From positions 577,939 to 631,981 of the forward strand of contig NC_068987.1 in NCBI RefSeq assembly GCF_001194135.2: a DNA stretch of 54,043 bases. Reading direction: 5' to 3'. The notes below the pieces were generated by a model. It was not told where the DNA came from, ran no database searches, and was given only the letters and a program-made list of their open reading frames with translations. The stretch is from Octopus bimaculoides (lineage: Eukaryota). The position numbers and the translations under genes are program-made. Within the stretch, counting starts at the first letter, position 1; every line of letters begins with the position of its first letter. This document shows positions 53,994-54,043 of this stretch, one piece after another.

Positions 53994-54043
<50 letters not shown>

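Overview
Eukaryotic genomic DNA that is AT-rich, extremely microsatellite-rich and broken by many N gaps. The SINE families and repeat texture point to an octopus genome (inference). No intact protein-coding gene can be supported, and nearly all long ORFs in the supplied track are microsatellite or gap artefacts. Recognisable content: two families of tRNA-derived SINEs; decayed RTE, R4/Dong-type (RLE) and other LINE fragments; a Penelope-like ORF remnant; a near full-length mariner with both TIRs (21652-22889); a Tc1 remnant interrupted by an inverted copy of downstream DNA; and a dispersed 28S rRNA 3'-end fragment fused to a SINE head. The most notable signal is four dispersed minimal type I hammerhead-ribozyme motifs (39-83, 19408-19455, 34012-34052, 50954-50994). 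Each has a different palindromic helix III tetraloop and all share an AATAA loop II. There is also a pre-miRNA-like hairpin (14024-14091) and several isolated short exon candidates that I cannot assign to a gene.
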